A stretch of 64,000 nt of DNA from an uncultured Pseudomonadota bacterium (GTDB lineage: Bacteria; Oederibacteriota; Muellerivitia; Muellerivitales; Muellerivitaceae). The stretch lies in contig CAWIIP010000002.1 in assembly GCA_963836235.1 (NCBI GenBank), positions 1,248,001-1,312,000 of the forward strand. Reading direction: 5' to 3'. Position numbers and translations under genes: made by a program. Positions 1 to 11,083 of this stretch are shown piece by piece; the stretch's first letter is position 1, and the number at the start of each line of letters is the position of its first letter. Under the pieces are notes generated by a model that searched no databases, had not been told where the DNA came from, and saw nothing but the letters and a program-made list of their open reading frames with translations.

Positions 1-162
1 CAAGTGATCGTCAGTTTCATTCTGGTTGCCCAGATAGGTACCCAATCCCAGGGAGGAGACCACCAGCCCCATGAAGTCCCGGTAATGCCCGGCTTTGACG
101 AAATCGGGAAAGCGGGTGGCGTATTGTTTGGTTCCCTCGGCTGTGGCAAAAGATGGAGGCAT
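1..162 (-). CDS. Aldo/keto reductase, N-terminal fragment (gene runs off the window start)
   Basis: Manual translation from ATG at 162: MPPSFATAEGTKQYATRFPDFVKAGHYRDFMGLVVSSLGLGTYLG... The 'SSLGLGT' motif is typical of the AKR N-terminus. AAGGA RBS upstream. Not in the ORF track. Confidence 0.75.
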   Translation of the reverse strand, partial: MPPSFATAEGTKQYATRFPDFVKAGHYRDFMGLVVSSLGLGTYLGNQNETDDHL

Positions 163-173
163 TGTTTTTCCTT

Positions 174-692
174 TTAAATTGAGTTGAGATCATCCCACTT
201 GTAAGAAACCAAATTCAGCTGAGTTCCAGCGACCACCAAAGATTTCCGGTTGGCCTCCAGCTTGCCCTGAAGCGACTCGTAAAACTTCCGGTAGGGACTG
301 GGTTCTAGGACCCAAACAACCATGGAATTCATACCGGCCTTGAGCAGGCTTTCGACCGAAGCGTCGAATAGTTTACGGCCGGCGCCTTGCTGTTGGAATT
401 CCTTGAGGAGATAAATGGCGTAAAGTTCGCCGAGGCCGCTCTCGGGATGGCTGCGTTCCTTGCCACCGTCCGCGAAGCCAACCAGGCGGCCGCCGGGCGC
501 CACGGCCACGTGGAAGAAATAGGAATAAGTGTTGGGCTGAAGGCTGTCGCGAAAAATTTGGGCCGCTGATCCAGCCGTCATGCCCTTGACGAAAGCTTCG
601 GGAGTGATGCCCTGATAGGTGGTACGCCAGGCTTCGGCGTAAGCCCGGGAGACCTCTTCAATGTCGGCTTCGGTTCCCGGTCTAATCCGCAT
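174..692 (-). CDS. GNAT family N-acetyltransferase
   Basis: Motif A 'ELYAIYLLKEFQQQGAGRKL', 'VWVLE...RKFYE' and N-terminal 'AW..TY.G'. Confidence 0.9.
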   Translation of the reverse strand: MRIRPGTEADIEEVSRAYAEAWRTTYQGITPEAFVKGMTAGSAAQIFRDSLQPNTYSYFFHVAVAPGGRLVGFADGGKERSHPESGLGELYAIYLLKEFQQQGAGRKLFDASVESLLKAGMNSMVVWVLEPSPYRKFYESLQGKLEANRKSLVVAGTQLNLVSYKWDDLNSI

Positions 693-714
693 AAAACCTC
701 AAGACATAGGTTAA

Positions 715-2613
715 TTACTTTTTCTTCTTAGTTTTGAACCCTTCCCCGTCATCCACGATGATTCCCTTTTCCATCCACTCATAGCCGCCTTCCATGGCCT
801 TTGCGGCTGCCTTGGAATCCTTCACGTCGGTATTGCAACAGATGCCCCGGAAATATTGGGAAATGCGCAGACGGGCTTGGCGGCAGAAGAGATCGGCCAA
901 TTCCCGGGGGCCGCTTTCGCTTGGATTTTGTTTTTCCAGTTCCACGGCCTTGGCACAGGAGGAAGCCATCGCGAAAAGTTCGGTTCCGATTTCCACGAGG
1001 CGGCCCAGGATCATCTGGCGCCTTTCAAGTTTAGGTCCAAACTTGATCATCTGGTGGAACAGGGTGCGGGCCAGCTTGCGGGACCGGCATTCCACGAACC
1101 GCATATGTTTGGCCAAGGAGCCGTATCCGGCGAAACGGGGCCAGAGGCCCGTGGGTAGCCACATGCGCAGGTACCAAAGGGGATAAAAAAGGACGCTTTT
1201 CATAAGGGCGTTCAACTTCCGGCCAACCGGCGCCTTGGGATTCAAAAGATCTCCCGCCAGGCTCATGTGCTTGTCCAAAGCCTCTCGGGCGATGAAGAGG
1301 TGCTGGATTTCGCTGGTACCCTCGATAATACGGTTGATGCGGGAATCGCGCATCATGCGCTCCACCGCGTAACCTTTCTCCCCACGGGTCCTCAAGGATT
1401 GGGCTGTCTCGTATCCCCTCCCGCCGCGGAGTTGCATCAGGTCGTCCACGATTTTCCAGGAAGCCTCGCTGCAGAAAAGCTTGGCCATGGCGGCTTCCAG
1501 ACGGATATCCGCCCCGCCCCGATCGACCAGCGCGGAAGTGTAATAGGTCATGGCTTCCTGAGCGAAGGTGGAGGCCGCCATATAAGCGATCTTCACGGCG
1601 CCAGGCTCGTGCTTTCCAATCGGCTGGCCCCACTGCACCCTTTCCTTGCCCCAATTGCGGGCGATCTGCAGGGCCTGCTTGCTCATACCCGCCGAGGCGG
1701 CGGGAAGGGTGAGACGTCCCGTGTTAAGGGTAATAAGAGCCAACTTCAAACCCAGCCCCTCACCCCAAAGAATATTCTCGGATGGAACTTTCACGTTGTT
1801 GAATTTGATCACGCCATTCTGGATGGCCCGGATGCCCATAAAATCGCAACGGCTTACGTATTCGATTCCCGGGGTTCCTTTTTCGACAATAAAGGCGGTG
1901 ATCTGCTTTTTTTCCTTACCGTTCACCATCTTGGAAGGGGTTCGGGCCATCACCGCCATCACGTCCGCCACCAAACCGTTGGTACACCAGAGTTTATTAC
2001 CGTTGATCGTCCAGGTCTTGCCGTCGGATGAGGGTTCGGCGACCGTTGTCATTTGAGCCGGGTCCGACCCAACGCCCGGTTCGGTCAGGGCAAAGGCCGA
2101 AATGGCCCCCTTAGCGAACATGGGGAAATATTTTTTCTTTTGGGCCTCGTTCCCAAAAAGCTTCAGGGGCTGGGGCACGCCGATGGATTGGTGGGCGGAA
2201 AGCCATACCGCCGTGGAGCCGCAATAGGAAGCTACTAAGGCCACCGCGAGGTTGTAGTTGATCTGCGAAAGGCTCAAACCGCCGTAATCCTTAGGAATCT
2301 TCATGCCCCAACAGCCCAGTTTAGCTAGGCCGTCGATCACCTTTTTGGGGAGATCCCCGGTTCGATCCACCTCGTCTGGGTCCAGGTTCTCTTTAAGAAA
2401 AGCTTCCAGGCGGCCCATAAACTCGTCGCCGATGGCCTTGTCTTCGGGGGATTGCAGGGGATAGGGGGAAATCAGGTCGGTACGAAACCGTCCCATAAAA
2501 AGTTCGGCCACGAAACTGGGCTGGGTCCATTCGGTTTCCCGGGCCCCCTCAGCCACGTCCAGGGAATCTTTCTCTTTTTCGGTCAGGTGTTTCGCGGTAT
2601 CGGAGACGCTCAT
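715..2613 (-). CDS. Acyl-CoA dehydrogenase, long form with C-terminal extension (VLCAD/ACAD9-like)
   Basis: 'FALTEPGVGSD', 'NGNKLWCTNG', 'QLRGGRGY', 'RDSRINRIIEGTSEI' motifs. Confidence 0.93.
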   Translation of the reverse strand: MSVSDTAKHLTEKEKDSLDVAEGARETEWTQPSFVAELFMGRFRTDLISPYPLQSPEDKAIGDEFMGRLEAFLKENLDPDEVDRTGDLPKKVIDGLAKLGCWGMKIPKDYGGLSLSQINYNLAVALVASYCGSTAVWLSAHQSIGVPQPLKLFGNEAQKKKYFPMFAKGAISAFALTEPGVGSDPAQMTTVAEPSSDGKTWTINGNKLWCTNGLVADVMAVMARTPSKMVNGKEKKQITAFIVEKGTPGIEYVSRCDFMGIRAIQNGVIKFNNVKVPSENILWGEGLGLKLALITLNTGRLTLPAASAGMSKQALQIARNWGKERVQWGQPIGKHEPGAVKIAYMAASTFAQEAMTYYTSALVDRGGADIRLEAAMAKLFCSEASWKIVDDLMQLRGGRGYETAQSLRTRGEKGYAVERMMRDSRINRIIEGTSEIQHLFIAREALDKHMSLAGDLLNPKAPVGRKLNALMKSVLFYPLWYLRMWLPTGLWPRFAGYGSLAKHMRFVECRSRKLARTLFHQMIKFGPKLERRQMILGRLVEIGTELFAMASSCAKAVELEKQNPSESGPRELADLFCRQARLRISQYFRGICCNTDVKDSKAAAKAMEGGYEWMEKGIIVDDGEGFKTKKKK

Positions 2614-2785
2614 GGGATGCCCCTTAAAAATGGATTGGCCAGCAAACCTGCTTTGACAACCTCAGTTTAAATCCCGATTGGACGTTCAAATATGACACAA
2701 GTCTCATTCGCTCGTACCATTTTAGACCCTTCTGTATAAAGAATAAAAGGTTCCCAATTCAAATTTTGAGGGTTAAGATAGTGTC

Positions 2786-3010
2786 ATGAACGCATTTGCC
2801 AAACCTGAGGAAGCCTCCCCTTACGAGTTCCCTGAATTTCCGAAGCCGGATGAACAGGTGAGCGAATATGCCAATATCGAAGGCTCGGTTGAATACCAGT
2901 TGAAGGACTTTACGACCTCTGAACCCTATATCGCGTCGGAAGAAACCCCCATCGTTCAACCGGCCTTGTTCCAGGACTTCAAAGAAGTTATTGCCACCGC
3001 CCAATCCTAA
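2786..3010 (+). CDS. Small acidic hypothetical protein
   Basis: 74-aa ATG ORF with GAGG upstream, 18 nt before the next co-oriented gene. No recognisable motif. Confidence 0.5.
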   Translation: MNAFAKPEEASPYEFPEFPKPDEQVSEYANIEGSVEYQLKDFTTSEPYIASEETPIVQPALFQDFKEVIATAQS

Positions 3011-3028
3011 GCGGATTTTAGACCCCTC

Positions 3029-4960
3029 TTGGTTATCGAAAACTCCTCCCCTTCTTTTCCGTTAAAAATTAAAAACTCAAAATTTGAAATCCTATTCAAC
3101 CCATGGCTTTATCCTTTGATGGCCTGTTTCTTTCTGGTTTTCCTTTTCGCCTTCCGGCAGAACATCGATTTCGACATGGGCTTTCACCTAAGAACGGGCC
3201 AATGGATCCTGCAAAACCACGCCTTTCCCCAAAAAGACCTTTTCACCTATACCGTAAACCAAAATGATTACATTGATCTTCATTGGCTTTATCAGGTCAT
3301 CTGCTACTCGCTCTATCGGACCAGTGGTTATGCGGGTCTGTCCCTATTTCATCTCTTATTAATCCTCCTGGCCTTCGGGCTCACCGTACTCCGAATGCGG
3401 CTCACTGGACCGCCACCATGGGTTTACACCCTTTTATTGCTTCCAACGATTATTGCCGTGGAAATACGGTTTCTGGACCGCCCCGAAACCCTTTCCTGGG
3501 TTCTCTTGATACTGACACTGCTTGTTCTCGACCTTCGGTTGAATCACAACCGAAACTTCCTTTACTTGCTCCCCTGGCTCCAACTTTTTTGGGTCAATAT
3601 CGAGGGCCTTTTTATTCTGGGTTGGATTGCCATGGGGGCTTATCTATTGACCAACTGGTTTCATTACAAACGGTTCGACCGTCCTCTGTTGAAATTTACC
3701 CTGGCTTCGTGTGCCGCAACCCTTTTAAACCCCTATTTCCTGAGGGGCGTGGCTTTTCCATTGATCCTCTTCACCCGTTTGCAAGGGTCCAGTATTTTCA
3801 AGCACTACATTTCGGAATTCCAATCGCCTTGGTCCATCACACAAAATGCTTTCGACCCTTTCATGCCCGCTTGGCCCATTTACACTTACCGGATTTTTAG
3901 TTTGTTTCTTCTTCTTGTGATCGGTCTCTCCTATCGGAAAAGGAAATTCCACGAATTGTTCTTGGTGGTTGCCTTCTTCGGCCTGTCGGTCGCGGCTATC
4001 CGTAATTCTCCCCTTTTTTTCTGGATCGCCTTGCCGATAGCCAGCGCCGCCGCGAAGGATTTCTTGTCCTTGCCTTCGGCTCGTGCCAAAAGTGACCAAC
4101 TATCACTTCTCCGAGTCCCGGCCATCCTAGCGGCTATTTTGATTCTTTTGGTGGGAGCAAGGGTCCTCACCCGAGCCTATTACATTTCCGACCGTCGGAT
4201 CATCCACACGGGCTTGGGAATGGATCCTTCGCGTTTCCCCATCCAGGCGGTGGATTTTATGACCCAAAACCACCTCACCGCTCACCTTTTAAACGACCTT
4301 TCTTTCGGAGGATGGCTCATTTGGAAAGGCCTTTCCCCTGTTTTTATCGATGGCCGGCTGGAAGTGATGCGGGAAGATCTATTCACCGAATATCGGGATA
4401 GCTTTTACCCTGGCGGAATTTTGGCTATGGCCCCCCGCTGGAATACCCAATTGATCCTCTTCGATCACATGATGTCCACTCCCTGGTTTAACCAGCTCAA
4501 ATCCATGCCCGATTGGCGGTTGCTTTACTTTGATGATGTGGACGCCCTTTACGCCCGCAAAGATTATGTCCCGGACTTAAACCCCATCACTTGGGAGGAC
4601 CGTTTGAAACAGTGGGGACTGGAAACGCCGCCATCCGACTCGGTTCTGGAAGATTTCGCTCAACAGAAACGCAATCCCCTTGCCGATTGGTTCGCGGGTT
4701 TTTTTATTCCCCAAGATTACCCCATGCCCCTTTTCCGGTTGGGAGCTTTCGCCTATGAGAATGGACGTCTCGATGTGGCCCGGGATTTCTTTTTGGAGAT
4801 GCTTCGGCGCACCTCCGGAAAATATTTCGAAGTTTACTTCAACCTAGGGGTGACCTATGACCACTTGGGTCAAAAGGATTTGGCCCGGACTTGCTATGAA
4901 AAAACCCTTGAGTTAAAACCCGGGTATGCCCCGGCCCAACAAAAACTGGCTAATCTATAA
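3029..4960 (+). CDS. Polytopic membrane protein with C-terminal TPR (GT-C-fold glycosyltransferase-like)
   Basis: About 11-13 hydrophobic segments. First loop 'DFDMGFHLRTGQWIL', then 'RPE', 'WVNIEG' and 'VFIDGRLE'. Terminal TPR 'YFNLGVTYDHLGQKDLARTCYEKTLELKP'. Start codon uncertain. Confidence 0.65.
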   Translation: MVIENSSPSFPLKIKNSKFEILFNPWLYPLMACFFLVFLFAFRQNIDFDMGFHLRTGQWILQNHAFPQKDLFTYTVNQNDYIDLHWLYQVICYSLYRTSGYAGLSLFHLLLILLAFGLTVLRMRLTGPPPWVYTLLLLPTIIAVEIRFLDRPETLSWVLLILTLLVLDLRLNHNRNFLYLLPWLQLFWVNIEGLFILGWIAMGAYLLTNWFHYKRFDRPLLKFTLASCAATLLNPYFLRGVAFPLILFTRLQGSSIFKHYISEFQSPWSITQNAFDPFMPAWPIYTYRIFSLFLLLVIGLSYRKRKFHELFLVVAFFGLSVAAIRNSPLFFWIALPIASAAAKDFLSLPSARAKSDQLSLLRVPAILAAILILLVGARVLTRAYYISDRRIIHTGLGMDPSRFPIQAVDFMTQNHLTAHLLNDLSFGGWLIWKGLSPVFIDGRLEVMREDLFTEYRDSFYPGGILAMAPRWNTQLILFDHMMSTPWFNQLKSMPDWRLLYFDDVDALYARKDYVPDLNPITWEDRLKQWGLETPPSDSVLEDFAQQKRNPLADWFAGFFIPQDYPMPLFRLGAFAYENGRLDVARDFFLEMLRRTSGKYFEVYFNLGVTYDHLGQKDLARTCYEKTLELKPGYAPAQQKLANL

Positions 4961-5105
4961 AGAATACCGGCAGCTCAGGGAACTAAGTTTCACCAACAAA
5001 GAACGGGTTTTTTCGCCTAAAGCGGGAAGGCTTGACTTCTCTGCTCTGGGTGAACAAAGATTAGCGGGAAAGTAAGTTTAATCCCGCGTCGTAAAAAGTG
5101 AAAAG

Positions 5106-5507
5106 ATGGGCCTCGACTATAAAATTGAACCGCAAATAGGCTACCTTTTAATGACCTGCGAAGGTTATTTTGAACCTTCTTTAATTGGTCAATTTTCAGA
5201 CCAGGTTATCGAAGCTTGTAAAAAATACCAGCCTTCCAATTTTTTGGTCGACTTCCGGAAAGTGGAAGGTGAAATGTCCACAATGGACCGCTATAACCTG
5301 TCGGTGACCGCCTCAAAGAAATATATCGACGAAAAGTTAACCGGAAAAATTCCCAGTTGTCGATTCGCTTTTGTCGGGAACCATCCCTTGGTTGACCCCA
5401 AGAGGTTCGGGGAAACGGTGGCCGTCAATCGCGGCCTCAACGTCAAGGCTTTCACGGATATAAAGGAAGCTCTCGCCTGGTTGGAGGTAAAGCCAGCGGG
5501 AGAATAA
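5106..5507 (+). CDS. STAS/SEC14 (SpoIIAA-like) domain hypothetical protein
   Basis: 'LVDFR', 'FGETVAVNRG..VKAFTDIKEALAWL' C-terminal signature. Confidence 0.65.
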   Translation: MGLDYKIEPQIGYLLMTCEGYFEPSLIGQFSDQVIEACKKYQPSNFLVDFRKVEGEMSTMDRYNLSVTASKKYIDEKLTGKIPSCRFAFVGNHPLVDPKRFGETVAVNRGLNVKAFTDIKEALAWLEVKPAGE

Positions 5508-5561
5508 ACCTTGGATCATGAAGCTCTGGGGTGGAGTAATCCCAGAACCATCGGGCTTGCT

Positions 5562-5933
5562 TCAAGCCTCCACGGGTTGGGCAGCTTTACGGGATATAGG
5601 CGTGCGGCGTACTGGAGCCTTCCTGGCGGGTTTTTCCCGTTTTTCCATTTTGTTCATCAAGGTCGCTAACTCTTTGAAGGGCAGGATGGGGTGGCTTTCC
5701 ACCTGGTATCGAGAAGGATCAAAAATGGAATCCAACAGGGCTTCCTGCTCGGTAAAAGAACCCGATTCCATCAAAAGGAATCCGCCCCTGTCGTCGGCTA
5801 GCAATCCTCCCTCTACCAGTTTCCCCGACTTTTCAAGCTTTTGAATCAAGCAAAAAAGTTCCTGGTTGGCTTCTCCGCCGTCATTCTCATAGATGGAACA
5901 ATCCAATTCCGGAATTCGAACAATGAACCGCAT
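5562..5933 (-). CDS. Hypothetical protein, possible dimeric alpha-beta barrel (muconolactone-isomerase/DUF3303-like)
   Basis: GGGGG RBS, 'GKL..GG.LAD.RGGFLL.E' and 'VE.HP' pattern, basic tail. Confidence 0.5.
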   Translation of the reverse strand: MRFIVRIPELDCSIYENDGGEANQELFCLIQKLEKSGKLVEGGLLADDRGGFLLMESGSFTEQEALLDSIFDPSRYQVESHPILPFKELATLMNKMEKREKPARKAPVRRTPISRKAAQPVEA

Positions 5934-6464
5934 GAGCGTCCCCCTTCAATAAAACATGGAAATAGTGTGGCTGAATAATGGGCTTTGACAGAAGGCCTTG
6001 GAAGAACGAAATGACTTTTATGGAAGACGGGACATTTCAGTGACCCGTTGCTTGAAACTGAAATCCCCCTTGCTAACGGGGAATGACTTAAGAAGAGCAT
6101 GAACCATGCCCAATAAAAGGGCTTTCATTTTTGACCTAAATTGGTTTTGGTTTAATGTTAAGCAGGAAACCATTTGGGCAATTTTTAGTTGTCCGTTAAA
6201 TCAAATCACCTGTCCGATTTTTCAACAGGGCTTTCGGATTTGAGGGAAAAATAAAGGCTTTCTCATTGTTCAAAAAAGCGTCACTGTCCGCTTTTTTGCG
6301 CTTTAGCATCGTATGGATTTGAGGTTTTTGTTGTCTTTGTGTCTGTTTACAGAAAACTTTGGCTATGTTCAGAATGAACCATCGCGAACAATTCCAGATT
6401 TGGAAACTCTTGAAACGAACGTCCAAGTATTTTTGAAATGTCTAAGGATGGAACTAACCAATGC

Positions 6465-7985
6465 TTAAAAGAAAGCCGAAAGTTGAATACCGCCGAAGGG
6501 GCCGCTTAAATCCATTTCCAACGGCCTGGAACCCGCGGGGGCATCCGAACCCGCCGCTAGAAAACCTGAATTTCCATTAAGGACAGGTAAAATCAATTTG
6601 CCGTTGGAAACGGGAGTGATAGCACTTCCAGAAGAGGTTGGAATCACCTGCAATTGGGCGGTTTGTCCGCTACTGGCTCCCCCCGTGCTGTTAATCGTGG
6701 CTTGGAATGAGTTTCCGCTGGCTATTTGATAACCCGCAAAAGGTGAAATGACGAAAGTATCGCCCAAATGCCAATCCAAGCCCAATTGGACTTGGCCCCC
6801 CACGGCTGTCCCGGTAAAGTTCCCCGAAGAGGTGTAATAAGGTGTGCCTCCCAGTGTAGCCCCGGCGGAATAACCGATATTGATGGGAACGATCATCGGC
6901 CCCCCCGCGATAAAAGGCTGGAAGCTTCCGGACCCAAAGAGGTACCTCAAATTCAAACCTATGGCAAAGGCGCTGATGTTATAGGAATCAGTCACAGTGT
7001 CGCCCAAGTTATCCTGTATGGTATCGCTCGCGGTGCCCACCGGAATAACAGCCCACGGTACCCCGATTTCAAAATTCTGGCTAAGCCGGAGGACAGGCTC
7101 GGCTCCGATGCGTGGCGCGCCCGTGGGAACCGCCCCATTGTAGGATAACGAACTATCGCCTGACTGCTGCAACAACTGAGCTTCACTTTGTTGGGATTGG
7201 GCATTCGTAGTGAAATCTTTCAAGCTCAATGAAACAATCGCGGGTTCAAACCGTATGCCGAAAGCCTTAGGTTTGGAAGCCGTCTGGCTCCCACCCGTGT
7301 TCCCTGAAGCGATTTGATTTTCCACCCATTGCTGGTCCTCGGGGGAAAGGCGGCCTTTCACCTGGTCCACATAAGCCGCCACCGAGGGATTGGGGTTGAG
7401 TTTGTTCGAAAGGCCTAAGGCGACAGCCGCGTCCTTCATATCGCCGGTCTGGATTTGGGCCACACCCAAATAATAATAAGCTTTCGAATCATTGGGATTT
7501 TCCTGCACGGCCTTTTGGAACAGGGGAACCGCCTGGGCATATTGCTGCTGTTGAAAGAGGGCCACGCCCTGAGCAAAGGAACTATCCGAAGTGGCTCCGG
7601 GAACAGCTGGAGCCGCCGTGGAACCTGGAAAGGGGGGGGCGGTGGAAGCACTCGCTCCCACTTTGGCCTGCAAAGCCTGGACCATGGAGGCCAATTGGGG
7701 GCTCGGTTGTATCGCCTGCACTCTTTGGTAATCACTCAAGGCTTGTTGGTATTGGCCCAAAGCGTAATAGCTGTTGGCCTGGCCCTGCAGAGCGGCGGCG
7801 TTATTAGGATCCATACTTATCGCCGCGCCGAAATACTGGGCGGCCTGTTGGTAATTTTTGGCGTTATAAAGCTGGAGCCCGGCGTTGTAATAATCCGAAG
7901 AGGTGTAAGCTCGGGCGTTGGAGGATAAAAGAAAGCAGCTAAGGGCACTCAATATAATGAAAAAGGAAAGCCGAAAAGATTTCAT
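6465..7985 (-). CDS. Exported TPR protein with C-terminal outer-membrane beta-barrel
   Basis: Signal peptide (ARA-Y), two TPR blocks, Pro/Ala linker, amphipathic beta-strands, terminal Phe ('GIQLSAFF'). Confidence 0.75.
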   Translation of the reverse strand: MKSFRLSFFIILSALSCFLLSSNARAYTSSDYYNAGLQLYNAKNYQQAAQYFGAAISMDPNNAAALQGQANSYYALGQYQQALSDYQRVQAIQPSPQLASMVQALQAKVGASASTAPPFPGSTAAPAVPGATSDSSFAQGVALFQQQQYAQAVPLFQKAVQENPNDSKAYYYLGVAQIQTGDMKDAAVALGLSNKLNPNPSVAAYVDQVKGRLSPEDQQWVENQIASGNTGGSQTASKPKAFGIRFEPAIVSLSLKDFTTNAQSQQSEAQLLQQSGDSSLSYNGAVPTGAPRIGAEPVLRLSQNFEIGVPWAVIPVGTASDTIQDNLGDTVTDSYNISAFAIGLNLRYLFGSGSFQPFIAGGPMIVPINIGYSAGATLGGTPYYTSSGNFTGTAVGGQVQLGLDWHLGDTFVISPFAGYQIASGNSFQATINSTGGASSGQTAQLQVIPTSSGSAITPVSNGKLILPVLNGNSGFLAAGSDAPAGSRPLEMDLSGPFGGIQLSAFF

Positions 7986-8082
7986 AGGATATCCAAATAT
8001 AGGGTTGATGATTAGCTTGGTTAGTTTACCAAAGCCAGAATCCCAGTTGGCAAAGAAAGAATAATTTTTGCGCTTAATAGGA

Positions 8083-10953
8083 TTAACGAATCACCAAGAC
8101 TTTTAGGATTTGTGAGCCCGAAGTCAGGCCTTTAATCTCAACCCGAACATAATAGATACCGTTAGCTACGGGGCTTCCCCATGTATCCCGCAGGTTCCAG
8201 GATAAGATGCCGTTATTCCCCGTAATGGATTCGGTATGGTCAAAAACCTTCCGGAAGGCGGTGGTATAAACCGCCCATTGGGCTGTTGAACCAATGGGAA
8301 CCAGAACCGGAATTGAAAGGGTCCCCGCCCCGCTGACCGGGTTGGGATAGGGAGCTCCAACCGTAATCGTAATGATCACAGGTGTGGAGGTTTGAGTGGT
8401 TGTAGCGGTGGTGGTTAACGTTGATGTAGGGCTGTTTGTAGGTGTCAGAGTGGGTGTGCCAGTACTGGTAGAAGTGGTTGTCAGGGTGGGGGTGTTGGTG
8501 CCAGTAGACGTAGGGGTCAAGGTTGCGGTAGCCGTAGGAGTAAAGGTAGAGGTGGGCGTGAATGTGGAAGTCGAAGTCGCCGTAAAGGTGTCTGTCGAAG
8601 TAGGAGTAAAGGTTGGGGTGAAAGTAGGAGTCACGGTAAAAGTAGAAGTTGGTGTAAATGTGGGGGTAGCCGTCGGCGTAAGCGTGGCCGTGGGTGGAAG
8701 GGGCTGGGTAATTTCTAAAACAAAAGCATCGCTATAACCCCCAAACAAGCCTTGAACCGGATTGAATGTGGGAAAATCCGAAGAATAGGTGTATCCGGTC
8801 ACATAGATATCTCCCTGGCCGTCCGTGACAATTCCCTTTCCAATTTCCCCTCCACCCGAACCACCCAAATAAGTGGAAAAAACTAATCCGGTTCCACCGT
8901 AGACTAATTCCGTTACGAAAACGTTGTCGCCGGAAGCCGAGAGGGATGCTTGAATTGGGTTTTGGGTGGGAAAATTCGAAGAGGAAGCCAATCCCGTGAC
9001 ATAGGCGTCCCCTAACCCGTCCAGAGCCACCCCTTCGGCATAATCATCACCATTTCCGCCCAAGAAAGTGGAATAGATAAGCGAAGAGCCACCTGGATTA
9101 AATTCCGACACGAAGGCATTATAGTTTCCGCCGCCATAAGTGCCTTGATAGGGGTTCTGAGTGGGAAAGTCCGCGGAACTGGTATACCCCACAACATAGG
9201 CATTTCCCGAACTATCAACGGCGATGGCATCGCCACCATCACCGCCGGATCCGCTTCCCCCCAGGTAGGTGGAATATGCCCAGGCCGTTCCCCCCGCGTT
9301 CACCTTGGTCACAAAACCGTTTTGTACGCCCCCCAGCAAAACCCCTTGGAAAGGGCTTTGGGTGGGAAAATTAGTGGAAGTGGTGTTTCCAGTGACATAA
9401 GCATTTCCGGTTCCATCCACGGCTATTCCTTCACCTTGGTCGGATCCATTCCCGCCCAAGTAGGTGGAATAAACAATCGAAGCCCCCGAAGGTCTGATCT
9501 CGTACACAAAAGCATTTTCCGTCCCTGCTAACCCCGCCTGAATGGGATTAAATTTGGGAAAGTCCGGGGAATAGGTGAGACCCGTCACATAGGCGTCACC
9601 GCTGGAATCCAACGCGATGCCATTGCCCATATCATCAACTGATCCTCCCCAAAAGGTCGAATAAATGAGTCCCGAACCGGATGGATTGAGTTCGGTCACA
9701 AAAGTGTTGTACGTGTTGTAAAGTGTATAAATTCCTGACGCACCAAAAGTGGATTGAATAGCCCCGGGTGTGATTGGAAAATCGGGAGAATAGGTAAAGC
9801 CCGTCACATAGGCGTCACCGCTGGAATCGACGGCGATGGCATTGCCTTGGTCATAATAACTGCCGCCGAGGTAAGTGGAATAAAGCATGGCGGTACCCGC
9901 CGAATTGATTTCCGCCACGAACGCGTTTTGATAGGCCGTCCCTCCCGATCCCACACCCAATCCACCTTGATAAGGATTTACGGTTGGAAAATCGGCGGAT
10001 TGAGTATTACCGGTAATGTAAGCATTGCCGGTGGAGTCCAAAGCAATGCCAAAACTCTCATCTTGGTTTGTTCCTCCCCAGAAAGTGGAATAATCTAAAA
10101 CTGGATCAATGACTAAAGGCTTGGAGTGATCATAATTTTTTACCTCGAACCCCAACTTTCCGCTTTCGTCCAAACGATAATGGCCTTCCACCTGATTTTT
10201 CATTCCCTGTGATTCCTGATACACCGACGGTGTCCGAAAAAGAAGAGTCCCCTGGTCGGTATCGAGTTCCAAATCACCCTGGGCATTGACACGGGCGGCC
10301 TTGGCGCCTTCGTATTTCAAATGAATGGCTTGGGGGTCGGCTCCCGGCTTAACGACGAAGTCATATTCCAACTTTCCCTGGTTGCCGTAATAAACCAGAT
10401 CCACGCCCGGATAAATGTCCGAAGTTTGGACCTTGCCATATTGCGGAATATCCCGAAGCCACTTCGTACGATCCTTCCCGATAAAATAATTACTGACCCC
10501 GGGAAGCTTTTCCTGACTTTCAAAAACACCGCCTGACTTGGCGCCATCAAGTTTCATATGAATGACGGTTGGCGGGGTGTTTCCAAGGGCTTTTAAAGAA
10601 GCCGGTGTTCGGGAAAACCCCTTGGACCCCTTCCGGGGAAGACTTGGGCGGGGATCGGCCCCCGGCTTTTTCAAAACCAGGACAGCTTCTTGATCAGTGA
10701 CAAAAAGGGAATATCCCCCGCCCCTGGCCAGGAATTGGACATGGGGATCGCTTTGTCCCTCGTTGGGCTCAAAAGCCAATGGAAGTTGGCCATAGTTTTG
10801 CGCTAAATGGATCGGCCGGTAAGGCATGGGATGGGATGAGTTTTTATGCGAGAGAGGGGTGGTCGTCCTAGTGGGGCTGGCTCCAAACCCTGAAAACCAT
10901 ATAAAAGCGAGAGCTATTAGAAAAACGGCGTTGATCTTGAAGACGCGTTTCAT
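8083..10953 (-). CDS. SBBP beta-propeller repeat surface protein with Thr/Pro stalk and FlgD/CTD-like C-terminal domain
   Basis: N-terminal 'LAFEPNEGQ...[27 protein letters not shown]...LVIDP', then about 7 repeats of 'IA.D..G.AYVTG.T.S.DFP...YSTYLGG', about 105 aa of T/P, and CTD 'PYPNP...[14 protein letters not shown]...KVLVIR'. Likely start ATG 10953. Confidence 0.85.
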   Translation of the reverse strand: MKRVFKINAVFLIALAFIWFSGFGASPTRTTTPLSHKNSSHPMPYRPIHLAQNYGQLPLAFEPNEGQSDPHVQFLARGGGYSLFVTDQEAVLVLKKPGADPRPSLPRKGSKGFSRTPASLKALGNTPPTVIHMKLDGAKSGGVFESQEKLPGVSNYFIGKDRTKWLRDIPQYGKVQTSDIYPGVDLVYYGNQGKLEYDFVVKPGADPQAIHLKYEGAKAARVNAQGDLELDTDQGTLLFRTPSVYQESQGMKNQVEGHYRLDESGKLGFEVKNYDHSKPLVIDPVLDYSTFWGGTNQDESFGIALDSTGNAYITGNTQSADFPTVNPYQGGLGVGSGGTAYQNAFVAEINSAGTAMLYSTYLGGSYYDQGNAIAVDSSGDAYVTGFTYSPDFPITPGAIQSTFGASGIYTLYNTYNTFVTELNPSGSGLIYSTFWGGSVDDMGNGIALDSSGDAYVTGLTYSPDFPKFNPIQAGLAGTENAFVYEIRPSGASIVYSTYLGGNGSDQGEGIAVDGTGNAYVTGNTTSTNFPTQSPFQGVLLGGVQNGFVTKVNAGGTAWAYSTYLGGSGSGGDGGDAIAVDSSGNAYVVGYTSSADFPTQNPYQGTYGGGNYNAFVSEFNPGGSSLIYSTFLGGNGDDYAEGVALDGLGDAYVTGLASSSNFPTQNPIQASLSASGDNVFVTELVYGGTGLVFSTYLGGSGGGEIGKGIVTDGQGDIYVTGYTYSSDFPTFNPVQGLFGGYSDAFVLEITQPLPPTATLTPTATPTFTPTSTFTVTPTFTPTFTPTSTDTFTATSTSTFTPTSTFTPTATATLTPTSTGTNTPTLTTTSTSTGTPTLTPTNSPTSTLTTTATTTQTSTPVIITITVGAPYPNPVSGAGTLSIPVLVPIGSTAQWAVYTTAFRKVFDHTESITGNNGILSWNLRDTWGSPVANGIYYVRVEIKGLTSGSQILKVLVIR

Positions 10954-11083
10954 AAATTCCAATTCGATAAATAGCGGATAAACAGATGGGATGGATAGGT
11001 CCCCGTGGCAAATATTACCATAGTTTTATGGGGCTAGCGGGAACGCCCAAAGAAAAGAAGGGGCGCTTATCTTCTGGAGAACC

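Noticed and set aside
2722-2754. GGAACC...GTCTAA on the minus strand upstream of the acyl-CoA dehydrogenase as a sigmaE promoter
   Set aside because: The spacer is 21 nt, too long for an ECF promoter.
5934-6464. 530-bp gap with an ATTTCAGT/ACTGAAAT inverted repeat (6034-6064) and short ORFs, considered as riboswitch or sRNA
   Set aside because: I could not match any riboswitch or ncRNA consensus by eye, and the ORFs lack RBS or motifs. An Infernal/Rfam scan would be needed.
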